DNA of 64,000 bases from an uncultured Candidatus Saccharibacteria bacterium (GTDB lineage Bacteria > Patescibacteriota > Minisyncoccia > Phycocordibacterales > CSBR16-119), in NCBI GenBank assembly GCA_964531475.1, contig CAZHCS010000001.1:14712-78711 (forward strand), in the 5' to 3' direction. The translations under genes were made by a program, and so were the position numbers. Each line of letters starts with the position of its first letter. Positions within the stretch are counted from its first letter, which is position 1. The notes under the pieces were generated by a model, which ran no database searches, was not told the DNA's origin, and saw only the letters and a program-made list of their open reading frames with translations. Below are positions 8,677 to 18,053 of the stretch, in pieces.

Positions 8677-9059
8677 ACCAACGCTCAGATAGGCCCGACG
8701 CAGGACCGGGTCCTGGTCGGGCTCCCGACATCCGATTGGCGCAATCGGATCGTCGGGACTCAGTACGATTCAATTAAGATATAAGTTGTATGGCTTGGGT
8801 TTACATACTTAGTACTGAATCGGGTAAGTATTACATCGGTAGTACAGAAAATATCACCCAAAGATTGAAACACCATAAAGGTGGGTTCACACCAAGTACT
8901 AAGTCTATGGTGTTTAAAGATTGCCTCCTAACCCAAGAATACCAGACTCTTGGCGAAGCAAGATTGATTGAGAAGAGGCTAAAAAGTTTTAAGCGTCGAG
9001 ATTACATTGAAAAAATAATCAAAGACGGGTATATTAGAATACAACCAACGCTCAGATAG
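8677..9059 (+). mobile_element. putative GIY-YIG mini-element bounded by a 16-bp direct repeat of the tRNA-Phe 5' end
   Basis: ACCAACGCTCAGATAG at 8677-8692 and 9044-9059; internal hairpins plus nuclease ORF. Confidence 0.6.
8790..9059 (+). CDS. GIY-YIG nuclease
   Basis: VYILS..YYIGST..RLKHH..EARLIEKRLK. Confidence 0.9.
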   Translation: MAWVYILSTESGKYYIGSTENITQRLKHHKGGFTPSTKSMVFKDCLLTQEYQTLGEARLIEKRLKSFKRRDYIEKIIKDGYIRIQPTLR

Positions 9060-9125
9060 CTCAGTTGGTAGAGCATTCCCCTGAAGAGGGAAGGGTCGCC
9101 AGTTCGAACCTGGCTCTGAGCACCA
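9050..9125 (+). tRNA. tRNA-Phe(GAA)
   Basis: Anticodon arm TTCCC-CTGAAGA-GGGAA, encoded CCA. Confidence 0.95.
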
Positions 9126-9165
9126 AAATCAAGAAAGGCCTCCATATGGAGGCCTTTCTTGATGT

Positions 9166-9675
9166 TTATCGTGATTTTACCCTTACCTTCGTCCTTCGTT
9201 TCTTGTCGATCTTTGGCAGACGGATAATGATTAGACCATTTTTTTCGGTTGCGATAGTGGTTTCTGGGTCGATCTCCTCTGGCAGCATAATTGTTCTAGT
9301 GAACGAGCCCCAGTATAGTTCACGGTGTATGTAGTCTCCTTGTTCGGCAATAGAGCCTTCTTTGCGTGATCCTGATATTACCACCATGTCGCGCGAAATG
9401 TCTATGTCCAAATCTTCTGGTTTTACTCCGGCGGCCATAGCCTTGACCACTACTTCGTCCGGTGTCTGGTACACGTCAACGGCTAGTTCGCTCGCGACAT
9501 CTTCGGATTCTTCCCATTCGCGCATACTAAAATCGGTATCTTCTTCGGAAATAGCCAATCGTTTACCGCCGCGTTCTGGCAATGTCGTGTCAGAATTTTC
9601 CGCGTCATCTTCATCCATGTCTCGAAGCGATAGTCCGCCGGTTAATTTTTGAAAAAATGATCTTTTTTTAAACAT
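9166..9675 (-). CDS. Hsp20/alpha-crystallin small heat-shock protein
   Basis: VDVYQT, RELYWGSFTRTIMLP, KNGLIIIRLPK. Confidence 0.92.
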   Translation of the reverse strand: MFKKRSFFQKLTGGLSLRDMDEDDAENSDTTLPERGGKRLAISEEDTDFSMREWEESEDVASELAVDVYQTPDEVVVKAMAAGVKPEDLDIDISRDMVVISGSRKEGSIAEQGDYIHRELYWGSFTRTIMLPEEIDPETTIATEKNGLIIIRLPKIDKKRRTKVRVKSR

Positions 9676-9687
9676 ACGAGTACGTGA

Positions 9688-10368
9688 TTATGCTCTTCGT
9701 AATTGTTCGAAGAGGAGCAATACGATAATCGTCACTCCCCACAGAAGGCTGAACACGCCGAACAGTCCTTTGTCGCTACCAATTATAAGAAAATTAAAGA
9801 TAGAGTGCAAGGAAATTGCGGCTATAAGTCCAATAACTAAGAATGTTTTCTTTAAAAACCAGCCGCGATAAAATGAAAGTCCGAGTGCTATACCGATCAT
9901 GCCGCTTGCGACCGCGTGCAAAAGCATTGCACCCAAGAATCTAAAGTTACCAGTGAGCAAACTAACAGTCGCGTCTCCGAGTGCGACCGGATCGACTAGA
10001 AAGAGTGCGTTTTCCATGGCGGCAAAACCGAGCGCGCCAGTTATGAGGTATATGGCAAAGTCGACCGGCTCATCAGCGCTAGAGCTTTTTAGCGCGACAA
10101 AGAGCACGGCCACGTATTTAATAACTTCTTCGATGGCGGCCCAGGCTATAGTAAGTGCGCGCTTGTCATGAATGAGTCCTTCGACGAAGTTTTCTAGTGG
10201 CAAGACGACAAAAACACTGCCCATGCCTATTAGAAATGTCAGAAGTAGAATACCGCGTGGCTCTGGGTGTTCGTCGTCTTCGCGCAGCCAGAACCAAAGC
10301 CATAAGAACGCAGGAACAAGTCCTCCAGCCAGAGAGATTAAGCCTACTTTGAGATTGAGATCGGCCAC
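9688..10368 (-). CDS. PrsW-family intramembrane protease
   Basis: HPEP, IEEVIK, ALGFAAMEN, LHA, LHSIFN motifs. Confidence 0.88.
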   Translation of the reverse strand: MADLNLKVGLISLAGGLVPAFLWLWFWLREDDEHPEPRGILLLTFLIGMGSVFVVLPLENFVEGLIHDKRALTIAWAAIEEVIKYVAVLFVALKSSSADEPVDFAIYLITGALGFAAMENALFLVDPVALGDATVSLLTGNFRFLGAMLLHAVASGMIGIALGLSFYRGWFLKKTFLVIGLIAAISLHSIFNFLIIGSDKGLFGVFSLLWGVTIIVLLLFEQLRRA

Positions 10369-12515
10369 TCTTCAATTATAAGCAATTTCTCGGGATTTCC
10401 GTTGTGGATGAGCTGCCAGATCTCTTCGGTCACGAACGGCATAAACGGGTGGAGTGTTTTTAGACAATTGCGAAGAAGCGTATGGAGTGTGCGTTTTCGT
10501 GACGCGGCTTCTGGGCCAGCGAGTACAGATTTACTGTCTTCCAAAATCTTGTCGGCCAATTCGTTCCAGATGTAGTGGTAAATCTTTTCGCTCGCGAGGT
10601 GTAGGCGCATGGCTTCCATATCTGCAGTAATATCGCCAAGGATTTCCATCTGTGCGTTGAGTAGTTTCTGATCGGCTTCTGCGAGGGCAGAGTTCATATC
10701 TGGCGCGTCGGCGTTTTGTAGGATAAAACGCGTAATGTTCCAAACTTTGTTCGCGAAGTTCTTGTAGCCTTTGATTTTGTTCTCGTCGATGCGCATGTCG
10801 GTGCCGGGTGCTGTGCCGACAAGTAAAGCCATACGAGCAGCGTCGGTGCCGAATTTCGCTGCAACCTCTACAGGGTCGAGACCATTTCCGAGTGATTTGC
10901 TCATCTTGCGACCTTTGGCATCACGGACGGTTCCGTGGAGATAAACGTATTTAAAAGGAACTTCTCCTAGTACGTATTCAGTCATGAGAATCATGCGGGC
11001 GATCCAGAAGAACAAGATCTCGTAGCCGGTCTCGAGGACATTCGTCGGATGAAAGAATTTGAGATCCTCGGTTTTCTCTGGCCAGCCGAGCGTTGAAAAT
11101 GTCCAAAGCGCGGACGAGAACCATGTGTCGAGTGTGTCTTCGTCCTGCGACCAGCCTTCACCTTCGGGCGCGCTGATGCCGCAGTGGATTTCTCCGCCCT
11201 TGTACCAAACAGGAATTCGGTGCCCGTACCAAATCTGCCTGGAAATGCACCAATCGCGCAAATTGTCGATCCAGTGAAAATACGTCTTTTCGAAAAAGTC
11301 GGGGAGGATTTTGATCCGGCCGTCGGTAACAGGGTCGCGGGTGAGGTCCTTGAGTGTTTTTGTGTCGCGGCCTGGAATATCCTTGTTCACGGCGACGAAC
11401 CACTGGAGTTTTGGCAACGGTTCGACAATTCCGTTCGTGCGTTCGGCAGTGCTGACGTTTTGTTTTACGGATTCTTCTTTTTCAAGCAAGCCCTGATCTC
11501 GGAGCCATGCGACAATCACTTCACGCGCTTCGGTTGTCTTCTTGCCGAGAATTTCAACGCCCCCGACGGACATTTTGGCGTATTCGTTGATGACGGGAAT
11601 TATTGGCAAATTATTCTTCTCGGCAATTTCCCAGTCGATCATGCTGTGAGCCGGCGTGACGCCGAGCGCGCCCGTGCCGAATTCCATAGCAACCGATTCG
11701 TCAGCGATGATTTTGATCGACAATTTCACTCCACAGAAATCATCCACTACATAGGTCTTGCCTATGTAATCTTTGTATCGCGCATCGTCAGGGTGTACGG
11801 CCACGGCGACATCGCCGACTTTTGTTTCGGGGCGAGTCGTGGAGATGCTGATAGGGAAGTCTTTTGAGTATTTGAACGTATAGAGCTTTGCTTCCCGCTC
11901 TTCATACACGATTTCGTCGTCAGAAATTGTCGTCTGACCTTTTGGGTCCCAGTTGACGATCCGGTGCGCGCGGTAGATGAGCCCGTCGTCATACATTTTT
12001 TTGAAGACCGTGTTGACGGCGAGATTTCTTTTTTCATCAAGTGTAAACGCTTCGCGCGACCAATCGCACGACGCACCGAGCGTTTTGACTTGCGAGACTA
12101 TGGTGTCATGGGAATTTTGTGCAAATTCGCGGACGCGTCGCAATAATTCCTCGCGACCCAAATCGTGACGTGACTTGCTTTCGCTTTTCTGGATTTCTTT
12201 TTCGACTTTGGACTGCGTGGCGATAGCGGCGTGGTCGGTCCCGGGGAGCCAGAGTGTACGTTTGCCGCGCATGCGTTGGAAACGGATGAGCGTGTCTTGG
12301 ATTGTCGTGCCGAGTGCGTGGCCCATATGTAGGACTCCAGTCACGTTTGGTGGCGGCATCATGATTGTAAATGGTTCTGGGCGATCGCCAGGCAAATTGT
12401 CAGGATTAAAATAGCCGGATTCTTCCCACAGCTTGTAGATGCGAGATTCGGTGTTTTGTGGATCATATGCCGAGAGGAATTTCTCGGGAATATTGGGGAA
12501 TTGCTTTTCAGTCAT
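10344..12515 (-). CDS. valS: valine--tRNA ligase (short form without C-terminal coiled coil)
   Basis: PPPNVTGVLHMGH, DWCISRQIWYGH, DTWFSS, KMSKS. Confidence 0.97.
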   Translation of the reverse strand: MTEKQFPNIPEKFLSAYDPQNTESRIYKLWEESGYFNPDNLPGDRPEPFTIMMPPPNVTGVLHMGHALGTTIQDTLIRFQRMRGKRTLWLPGTDHAAIATQSKVEKEIQKSESKSRHDLGREELLRRVREFAQNSHDTIVSQVKTLGASCDWSREAFTLDEKRNLAVNTVFKKMYDDGLIYRAHRIVNWDPKGQTTISDDEIVYEEREAKLYTFKYSKDFPISISTTRPETKVGDVAVAVHPDDARYKDYIGKTYVVDDFCGVKLSIKIIADESVAMEFGTGALGVTPAHSMIDWEIAEKNNLPIIPVINEYAKMSVGGVEILGKKTTEAREVIVAWLRDQGLLEKEESVKQNVSTAERTNGIVEPLPKLQWFVAVNKDIPGRDTKTLKDLTRDPVTDGRIKILPDFFEKTYFHWIDNLRDWCISRQIWYGHRIPVWYKGGEIHCGISAPEGEGWSQDEDTLDTWFSSALWTFSTLGWPEKTEDLKFFHPTNVLETGYEILFFWIARMILMTEYVLGEVPFKYVYLHGTVRDAKGRKMSKSLGNGLDPVEVAAKFGTDAARMALLVGTAPGTDMRIDENKIKGYKNFANKVWNITRFILQNADAPDMNSALAEADQKLLNAQMEILGDITADMEAMRLHLASEKIYHYIWNELADKILEDSKSVLAGPEAASRKRTLHTLLRNCLKTLHPFMPFVTEEIWQLIHNGNPEKLLIIEEWPISISK

Positions 12516-12551
12516 TTCGAAATTCTAACACAGGTCAGCGCGGTGCATCAT

Positions 12552-12580
12552 TTGACTTTTATTATTTAGTGTTGTAATCT
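12552..12580 (+). promoter_or_regulatory. sigma70-type promoter of cassette
   Basis: TTGACT-17nt-TAATCT. Confidence 0.6.
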
Positions 12581-12599
12581 TTTGCCAAAACAACTGAAC

Positions 12600-13568
12600 A
12601 TGACACAAGAAGGAGCGGATTTTTTCGCACTGAAGATAGGTTCTGGAGCGTCGACGCCGCTCGACGGAGGCATGATACGCCTCATTAAGGCGCGGCTAGC
12701 CGAGGTTTCAGCCAGAAACCCTCATCGCACGCCTATCATTGCTGTTTCTGCTCTTGCAGGTGCGACCGATAGTCTGCATCAGGCATACGAAGCTGCTTGT
12801 GAGACGGATTTCATGGGTGCTGATGATCTGTTATCGCAGATAATGAAGAATCACCGACATGTGTGGGCCGGACTGAGTTCGTCATTGAAGGCAGACAGTT
12901 CTCTTGGTATACAGCTTCGGAAAAGCTTGGCAAACGTGCATCAGCAGGCAGCTAAGACGATTGAGCGTATAGGAGAGACAGAAGGTTCTGCCTCCTTGAG
13001 TAGCTTGCATGCGAAAATGCTTTCGTACGGAGAGGTCATGGCGTTGGAGATCTTTGACTACGCCTTTACCGCGTGCGGGTATGGTGTCGGATGTATTCCG
13101 GCGACCAAATTCATCCGTGCGGCGAGCAACCACCCCGGCGCGCTGAGCTATGTCGATGTTGCAATCAATTGGGGCGCGAGCAAGGAGATGCTGATGTGCG
13201 CACTTGGTTCTTTTCAAACATCGGCTTGCCAAGGCAACCCAAGCGAGCATCAATTGGTGCTGACTCAGGGCTTCATCGGCTCTGACGAGCAAGGCGAAGT
13301 GGTAACGCTTCCAAGGGAAGGCAGTGATCTGACGGCGGTGTTCATCGCTTCGGTCGTAGGCTCAAAGGCTCATCTCTTGAAGAACGTCAATCAGGAAACT
13401 GGCTTGCCCAAGCAAATGAGTCATGCGGAACTCGCAGCTCATCAGAGCAGGCTTGGTACGCACCTTGTCTGCATGCAGGCTATCGAGGCCGCAATTGAGC
13501 AAAATGTCGATATCGAAATCATCGACACCAGGACAGGCGAAACGTACCTGTCTGCGATGAGGCCGTAG
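12600..13568 (+). CDS. divergent aspartokinase-like protein (kinase domain only)
   Basis: AVSALAGATD, LSYGE, TQGFIG..TLPREGSDLTA; no ACT domains. Confidence 0.75.
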   Translation: MTQEGADFFALKIGSGASTPLDGGMIRLIKARLAEVSARNPHRTPIIAVSALAGATDSLHQAYEAACETDFMGADDLLSQIMKNHRHVWAGLSSSLKADSSLGIQLRKSLANVHQQAAKTIERIGETEGSASLSSLHAKMLSYGEVMALEIFDYAFTACGYGVGCIPATKFIRAASNHPGALSYVDVAINWGASKEMLMCALGSFQTSACQGNPSEHQLVLTQGFIGSDEQGEVVTLPREGSDLTAVFIASVVGSKAHLLKNVNQETGLPKQMSHAELAAHQSRLGTHLVCMQAIEAAIEQNVDIEIIDTRTGETYLSAMRP

Positions 13569-13580
13569 TACATGATGAAG

Positions 13581-13614
13581 AAGCGGCGGGCCGAAGGCCC
13601 GCCGCTTTTCTTTT
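13581..13614. terminator. bidirectional terminator
   Basis: AAGCGGCGGGCC-GAA-GGCCCGCCGCTT plus T-tract. Confidence 0.85.
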
Positions 13615-13622
13615 CTATAATT

Positions 13623-14801
13623 TTACAAACTCCAATTTGGATCTGCGACGATAGTTGCAAGTTCGGGAAATGCTTTGCCACTTCGTATCAAAAAAAATCC
13701 GGCTATCGCTATCATGAGAGAATTGTCAGTCGATAGATCGTGGTCGGGGAAAACGACTTGGGTTCCAGGGAATTCCGCCCCGGCCATTTCCGTTAGGCGC
13801 TCTTTGATATATGTGTTCGCCGACACGCCGCCACCGACTATTAGAGTTGTTGCGCCGAATTCGGCTACCGCATCGCGTGTTTTTTTCACCAAAACATCGG
13901 TTACGGCCGTTTCGAATTCGCGCGCGACATCGCATTTTGTTTGTTCGTCCATTTCGCCGAGTTTTTTTACGAGATACAGAACCGAGGTTTTGATTCCGGA
14001 AAATGAAAAACTATAATCCCCCGAATTGATCATTGGCCTTGGCAAACTAATATCCGCGCGCGTGACGCCGCGTTTTGCAAGTTCAGAAACTTTTGGTCCG
14101 CCAGGGTAGGGTAACCCCAGAAGTCGCGCGACTTTGTCGAACGCCTCACCGACAGCGTCGTCTTTGGTCGCACCGATTTTTGTACATGCAAGGAAGTCGT
14201 TCATGACGACGAGCTCGGTATGGCCGCCAGAAATGAGAAGCGATATCGCAGGGAAGCGGAGGTTTGATATGTCTAGGGTTTGCGGCGTGTTTGGTGTCGC
14301 GGTGATGAGTGTCGAAAGCGCGTGCCCGTGCATATGGTTTGCCGGCATGACGGGTATGTCCCAGATTAGCGAGAGAGCTTTTGCGAAGTTGATACCGACC
14401 CACAATGCTGGTGCGAGTCCAGGACCAGCAGTGACGACGATAGCGTCAAGCGCTGGGCGTTCGATTGTGTTCGCGATTTCGAGCACCACGTCAGCCATTT
14501 TGCCTTCGCGCTCAAGGAGCCTTCTGATCTCATCCGGCCCAGTATTCAAGGTCGAACCTTGAATACTTGGATGATACATATCGGCCTGCTTCAAGCATTC
14601 GACGAAAATCGGCGGCAAGTTTTTAGCGTGTTCTCGCTTGGCCAAGTTAGGATAGACGCCGCCGAATTCGCGATGTATGTCGATCTGCGAGCGGACTACG
14701 TTCGCGAGTACGGTAAAAGTCGCCGTATTGTCCGTTTCGACGACGTCGAGGATAGAAATCGCGGTTTCGTCGCAGGATGTTTCGATAGAGAGAAGCTTCA
14801 T
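13623..14801 (-). CDS. tsaD: tRNA t6A37 threonylcarbamoyltransferase
   Basis: IETSCDET, GPGL, HMHGH, SGGHT, DDAVGEAFDK, FSFSGIKT, DN. Confidence 0.96.
   Translation of the reverse strand: MKLLSIETSCDETAISILDVVETDNTATFTVLANVVRSQIDIHREFGGVYPNLAKREHAKNLPPIFVECLKQADMYHPSIQGSTLNTGPDEIRRLLEREGKMADVVLEIANTIERPALDAIVVTAGPGLAPALWVGINFAKALSLIWDIPVMPANHMHGHALSTLITATPNTPQTLDISNLRFPAISLLISGGHTELVVMNDFLACTKIGATKDDAVGEAFDKVARLLGLPYPGGPKVSELAKRGVTRADISLPRPMINSGDYSFSFSGIKTSVLYLVKKLGEMDEQTKCDVAREFETAVTDVLVKKTRDAVAEFGATTLIVGGGVSANTYIKERLTEMAGAEFPGTQVVFPDHDLSTDNSLMIAIAGFFLIRSGKAFPELATIVADPNWSL
14541..14567. repeat. 27-bp palindrome AGTATTCAAGGT-CGA-ACCTTGAATACT in frame in tsaD
   Basis: 31 bp identical to 25745-25775; both read SIQGSTLNT. 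Confidence 0.9.
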
Positions 14802-14915
14802 CTCGTTAGAAACAGGTCGCGGTCTTTGCGCTACCTATTTTGTTAATTCTAAAAATTTTCATGTAGATTATTGTGATCCGAATTTACTCAGCAAGTGACC
14901 GTGGTTTCTAACGGG
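14802..14915. mobile_element. MITE-like element abutting the tsaD start codon
   Basis: Ends CTCGTTAGAAAC..GTTTCTAACGGG; sister copy at 26525-26639. Confidence 0.7.
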
Positions 14916-14983
14916 ACTCATGGACGACACTTTACATTTCTTTTCGCTTCCTGTAAAGTCTTGGCAAACAAAACGTACTTCAC

Positions 14984-15682
14984 ATGAGCATACTCGAAGA
15001 CAAGCCTCGGTTAAGGGGGATTCTTAATTCCCTGAGGAATGACCACGTCCTTGTTATTACAGGTCAGTCAGGAGCAGGTAAGGACACCTTGGTGAAAAGC
15101 ATTACGTCTGTTGCGCCAAAACGTTTCCGTGCCTGCTATGTCGGGACCGGCGAAGAGTTCCGGCGGAACATGCCTAAGTTTTCCCGGGCGATGCGCAGAC
15201 GTATTCAATCAATTAATGACGCTGGTGAACTCCAAGACCCGCTGAATGCTGTGACGCAGGTCGTCAATAAGATCCTGCATCACTGGAACGGCGTAGATCT
15301 TCTGATACTTGAAGGCTCACCGCGAACGAAAGACGAAGCAGTATATCTCTACAAATACATCATGAGATTCCTGAAGCGTCGGATCGTTCTCGTGAACTTG
15401 GTCATCAGCGACGAGCTTTCCATTAAGCGTATGGAGGAGCGCAATGAAAAAGATCGCCTTGCCGGACGAGAGCCACGCAAGGATACCGCTACTCCGGAAG
15501 CACGACAGGCGAAAGCGGCTTACTACCATGAGCAGGTTGTCCCCGCTGTTGAATATCTCGAAGGGCTTCCTCGAACAGAGGTTGCAGTCATGAGTATTCG
15601 CGTCGATGAGATGTCAATCAGAGAAGTGTTGGAGGAGGTGCTCTGTAGTATGCCAGATATCTTGGAGATGTCATTGGCATGA
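14984..15682 (+). CDS. divergent adenylate/NMP-kinase family protein
   Basis: GQSGAGKDT P-loop, TGEEFR, EGSPRT, RKD. Confidence 0.75.
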   Translation: MSILEDKPRLRGILNSLRNDHVLVITGQSGAGKDTLVKSITSVAPKRFRACYVGTGEEFRRNMPKFSRAMRRRIQSINDAGELQDPLNAVTQVVNKILHHWNGVDLLILEGSPRTKDEAVYLYKYIMRFLKRRIVLVNLVISDELSIKRMEERNEKDRLAGREPRKDTATPEARQAKAAYYHEQVVPAVEYLEGLPRTEVAVMSIRVDEMSIREVLEEVLCSMPDILEMSLA

Positions 15683-15694
15683 ACATTCTACGCG

Positions 15695-15721
15695 AAAAGC
15701 CGGACCAATGGTCCGGCTTTT
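15695..15721. terminator. bidirectional terminator
   Basis: AAAAGCCGGACC-AAT-GGTCCGGCTTTT. Confidence 0.85.
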
Positions 15722-15726
15722 GTGCT

Positions 15727-16701
15727 TCAACGTTCTCCTCGTTTTTTTCGAATGAGCTCCATGATCTGATACGCGTTCAGTGCTGCACCCTTGCGTAGGT
15801 TATCCGCGACGATCCACAAGTGTACGCCGTGCTCGCAGCTCTCGTCTCGACGGATACGCCCGATCAAGACCTTGTCGTCACCTACCGTGTTTATAGGCAT
15901 TGGATAGATGTTGTCGCTTGGGTCATCGTGGACAACCACGCCAGGATTAAACGCGAGTTGGCGTTTGATGTTCGGGATATCGAACGAATCTTCGAATTCG
16001 ATATTGACCGACATGCCGTGACAGCGTGGTATAGGTACGCGGACCGCCGTGGCGCTGATGCGCAAATTCTTGTCGCCGAGAATCTTGCGCGTCTCCTTGA
16101 CGATCTTCTCCTCTTCCTTGGTGTAACCGTTTGGGAGAAATTTATCGCAAGCGGGGATGAGGTTTTCGTCAATTTGGAACGGGTACGGACCCTTTGGGCG
16201 CTTGTTGTTGCGTTCGGCCCGAAGCTGCGCGAGCGCTTCTTTACCCGAACCGCTGACGCTTTGGTACGTCGAGACGAGTACGCGTTTGATAGGGAAGATC
16301 TCCCCAATTGGCGCGAGCGCCATGACGAGCTGGGTCGTGGTGCAGTTAGGATTCGCAACGAGCGTTTCGAGGCCGTCCAAGATATCTCCGTTGACCTCGG
16401 GTATCACAAGAGGTACGTGTTCGTCCATACGAAACGCGTCGGACTTGTCGATAATGGTCGATCCGACCGCCCGGAACTGCGGTATGATTTCGTGTGCGGC
16501 GTCGGCGTTGACCGCCAGGAAGACATAGCGGGGTTTCGCCTTTAGGGCCGTCTCGACTGAGACGTAGCCATTGCGGCGGTCGTCCATGTTGCGGGATACG
16601 GCCAGGAAGTCACCGCTTCTGATATAGTGTTCGGACAGGATTCGGCAGAATTCCTTGCCCACCAGGCCGGAGGCGCCTATGACGGCAATGTCGTTTTTCA
16701 T
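15727..16701 (-). CDS. asd: aspartate-semialdehyde dehydrogenase
   Basis: GASGLVG, VPLVIPEVN, ANPNCTT, YQSVSGSG, TAVRVP..CHG, ADNLRKGAALNA. Confidence 0.93.
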   Translation of the reverse strand: MKNDIAVIGASGLVGKEFCRILSEHYIRSGDFLAVSRNMDDRRNGYVSVETALKAKPRYVFLAVNADAAHEIIPQFRAVGSTIIDKSDAFRMDEHVPLVIPEVNGDILDGLETLVANPNCTTTQLVMALAPIGEIFPIKRVLVSTYQSVSGSGKEALAQLRAERNNKRPKGPYPFQIDENLIPACDKFLPNGYTKEEEKIVKETRKILGDKNLRISATAVRVPIPRCHGMSVNIEFEDSFDIPNIKRQLAFNPGVVVHDDPSDNIYPMPINTVGDDKVLIGRIRRDESCEHGVHLWIVADNLRKGAALNAYQIMELIRKKRGER

Positions 16702-16791
16702 GGTTCTGGGTTTCGAACCACTATAGCTTTTTTGGGACGAAAGTAAATTGCCAAAAATATAAGAAATGGTATACTCTTCCTGTTTTTAGAC

Positions 16792-16863
16792 GGCCCCATC
16801 GTCTAACGGTTAGGACAGCGGGTTTTCAATCCGTTAATCGGAGTTCGATTCTCCGTGGGGTCA
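16792..16863 (+). tRNA. tRNA-Glu(TTC)
   Basis: GGCCCCA acceptor, anticodon loop TTTTCAA, GTTCGATTC. Confidence 0.93.
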
Positions 16864-17012
16864 CAAAGCGAGCAAAGCAAGCAATTTGCTTTGCTTGCGG
16901 TCGCTTTGTGAAGCCGCAGCGATGTTTTTGTTTGAGTCCAAAGGACGAAAGGCAAAAACCGCGAGGCGGGGTCGCGCAAAATTTCCGTCAGGAAATTTAT
17001 GTGTGACACAGG
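16864..17012. repeat. hairpin-rich element fused to the tRNA-Glu 3' end
   Basis: Nested stems CACAAAGCGA/TCGCTTTGTG, AGCAAAGCAA/TTGCTTTGCT, AAATTTCC/GGAAATTT. Confidence 0.55.
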
Positions 17013-17039
17013 CTTCACATTAAAGTAAAATACAAAAAT

Positions 17040-17112
17040 GCGCGGTTAGCTCAGTTGGTAGAGCGACCCCTTGACGTGGGGTAGGCCACAGGTTCGAGTC
17101 CTGTATCGCGCA
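17040..17112 (+). tRNA. tRNA-Val(GAC)
   Basis: Anticodon arm ACCCC-TTGACGT-GGGGT, GGTTCGAGTCC. Confidence 0.95.
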
Positions 17113-17220
17113 CACGAGGAGCATCGCGACGAGTGCGCGATAAGCAACAAACTGCTTTTTCTGACGCCTGGACGAGAACGACTTTTATGTACGATCCGCC
17201 GAGTAGGCGGATAGGTGTAT

Positions 17221-17249
17221 TTGACAAATTTGATTATATATGCTAGTTT
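17221..17249 (+). promoter_or_regulatory. sigma70-type promoter
   Basis: TTGACA-17nt-TAGTTT with extended TG. Confidence 0.65.
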
Positions 17250-17336
17250 ATAACCAAGTTGAACACGCGACCGAGGAACCTACCGAATCATGAAGATGAG
17301 GAGCGATTCTGAAGCGCACAAAAATTCAACGAGAGA

Positions 17337-17978
17337 ATGTCGGATCATAATCTAAGGTTTTACTTTCAGCCTGACCGCCTGAAAGATGACAGTGTCATCA
17401 GTCAAGTCAGGGCGTGGCCCTCGGTTGAGATGGGGCGCGAGGGGGACGAGAGTTTCCTTCAAATCAGCCATGATCACTTGGTTGACTTGCCTCACGAGCT
17501 CATCCCGCCAGGCCTCCCTGCACTGTTCCGGAGAATTGGAACAGGCAAGGTATCACTGAAGTCGATCTATCGCGATCCTCATCCGAGACTTAAAGATGGC
17601 CTTTACATCGTCGGAAGGGTCAAGGTCTCGAGGCTTGGTTTCGGGTACCTGGCATTTGGTGAGAACCACCTGGCTGTGATTCGTGCCTACAAGACTGTCA
17701 TCGCTGGAGGTACGATTGATTTAGCGATCTACCAGTCTGACACAGTGTTGCGTAAGCAGCTCGGTCGATTGGGTGCCGCAAACGATCAGCTTCGTCACGA
17801 GGCCAAAGAACGTGGCGCCAAGTTCGCTGAGGTGGTAAACAATGGCATCAAGGGCATGGTCCAGGTAGGCGAAAAGCTCAATGCTCTCTATGATGAGGTC
17901 GAGTGGTATCGCCTGCCTTTCTGGGAACGCTGGTTTACTCCGCGCCCCACAAAGAACGTTCGGGAATCCCGGACGTGA
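17337..17978 (+). CDS. hypothetical protein with C-terminal coiled coil
   Basis: 213-aa ORF ending LPFWERWF; own promoter and terminator. Confidence 0.7.
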   Translation: MSDHNLRFYFQPDRLKDDSVISQVRAWPSVEMGREGDESFLQISHDHLVDLPHELIPPGLPALFRRIGTGKVSLKSIYRDPHPRLKDGLYIVGRVKVSRLGFGYLAFGENHLAVIRAYKTVIAGGTIDLAIYQSDTVLRKQLGRLGAANDQLRHEAKERGAKFAEVVNNGIKGMVQVGEKLNALYDEVEWYRLPFWERWFTPRPTKNVRESRT

Positions 17979-18021
17979 AGCTGACAGCGTCAGCCCTTAC
18001 CTGATCGTCATCTCGTTGAAG

Positions 18022-18047
18022 AAAAGCCACCGCTTACGGTGGCTTTT
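18022..18047. terminator. bidirectional terminator
   Basis: AAAAGCCACCG-CTTA-CGGTGGCTTTT. Confidence 0.85.
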
Positions 18048-18053
18048 CTCGTG

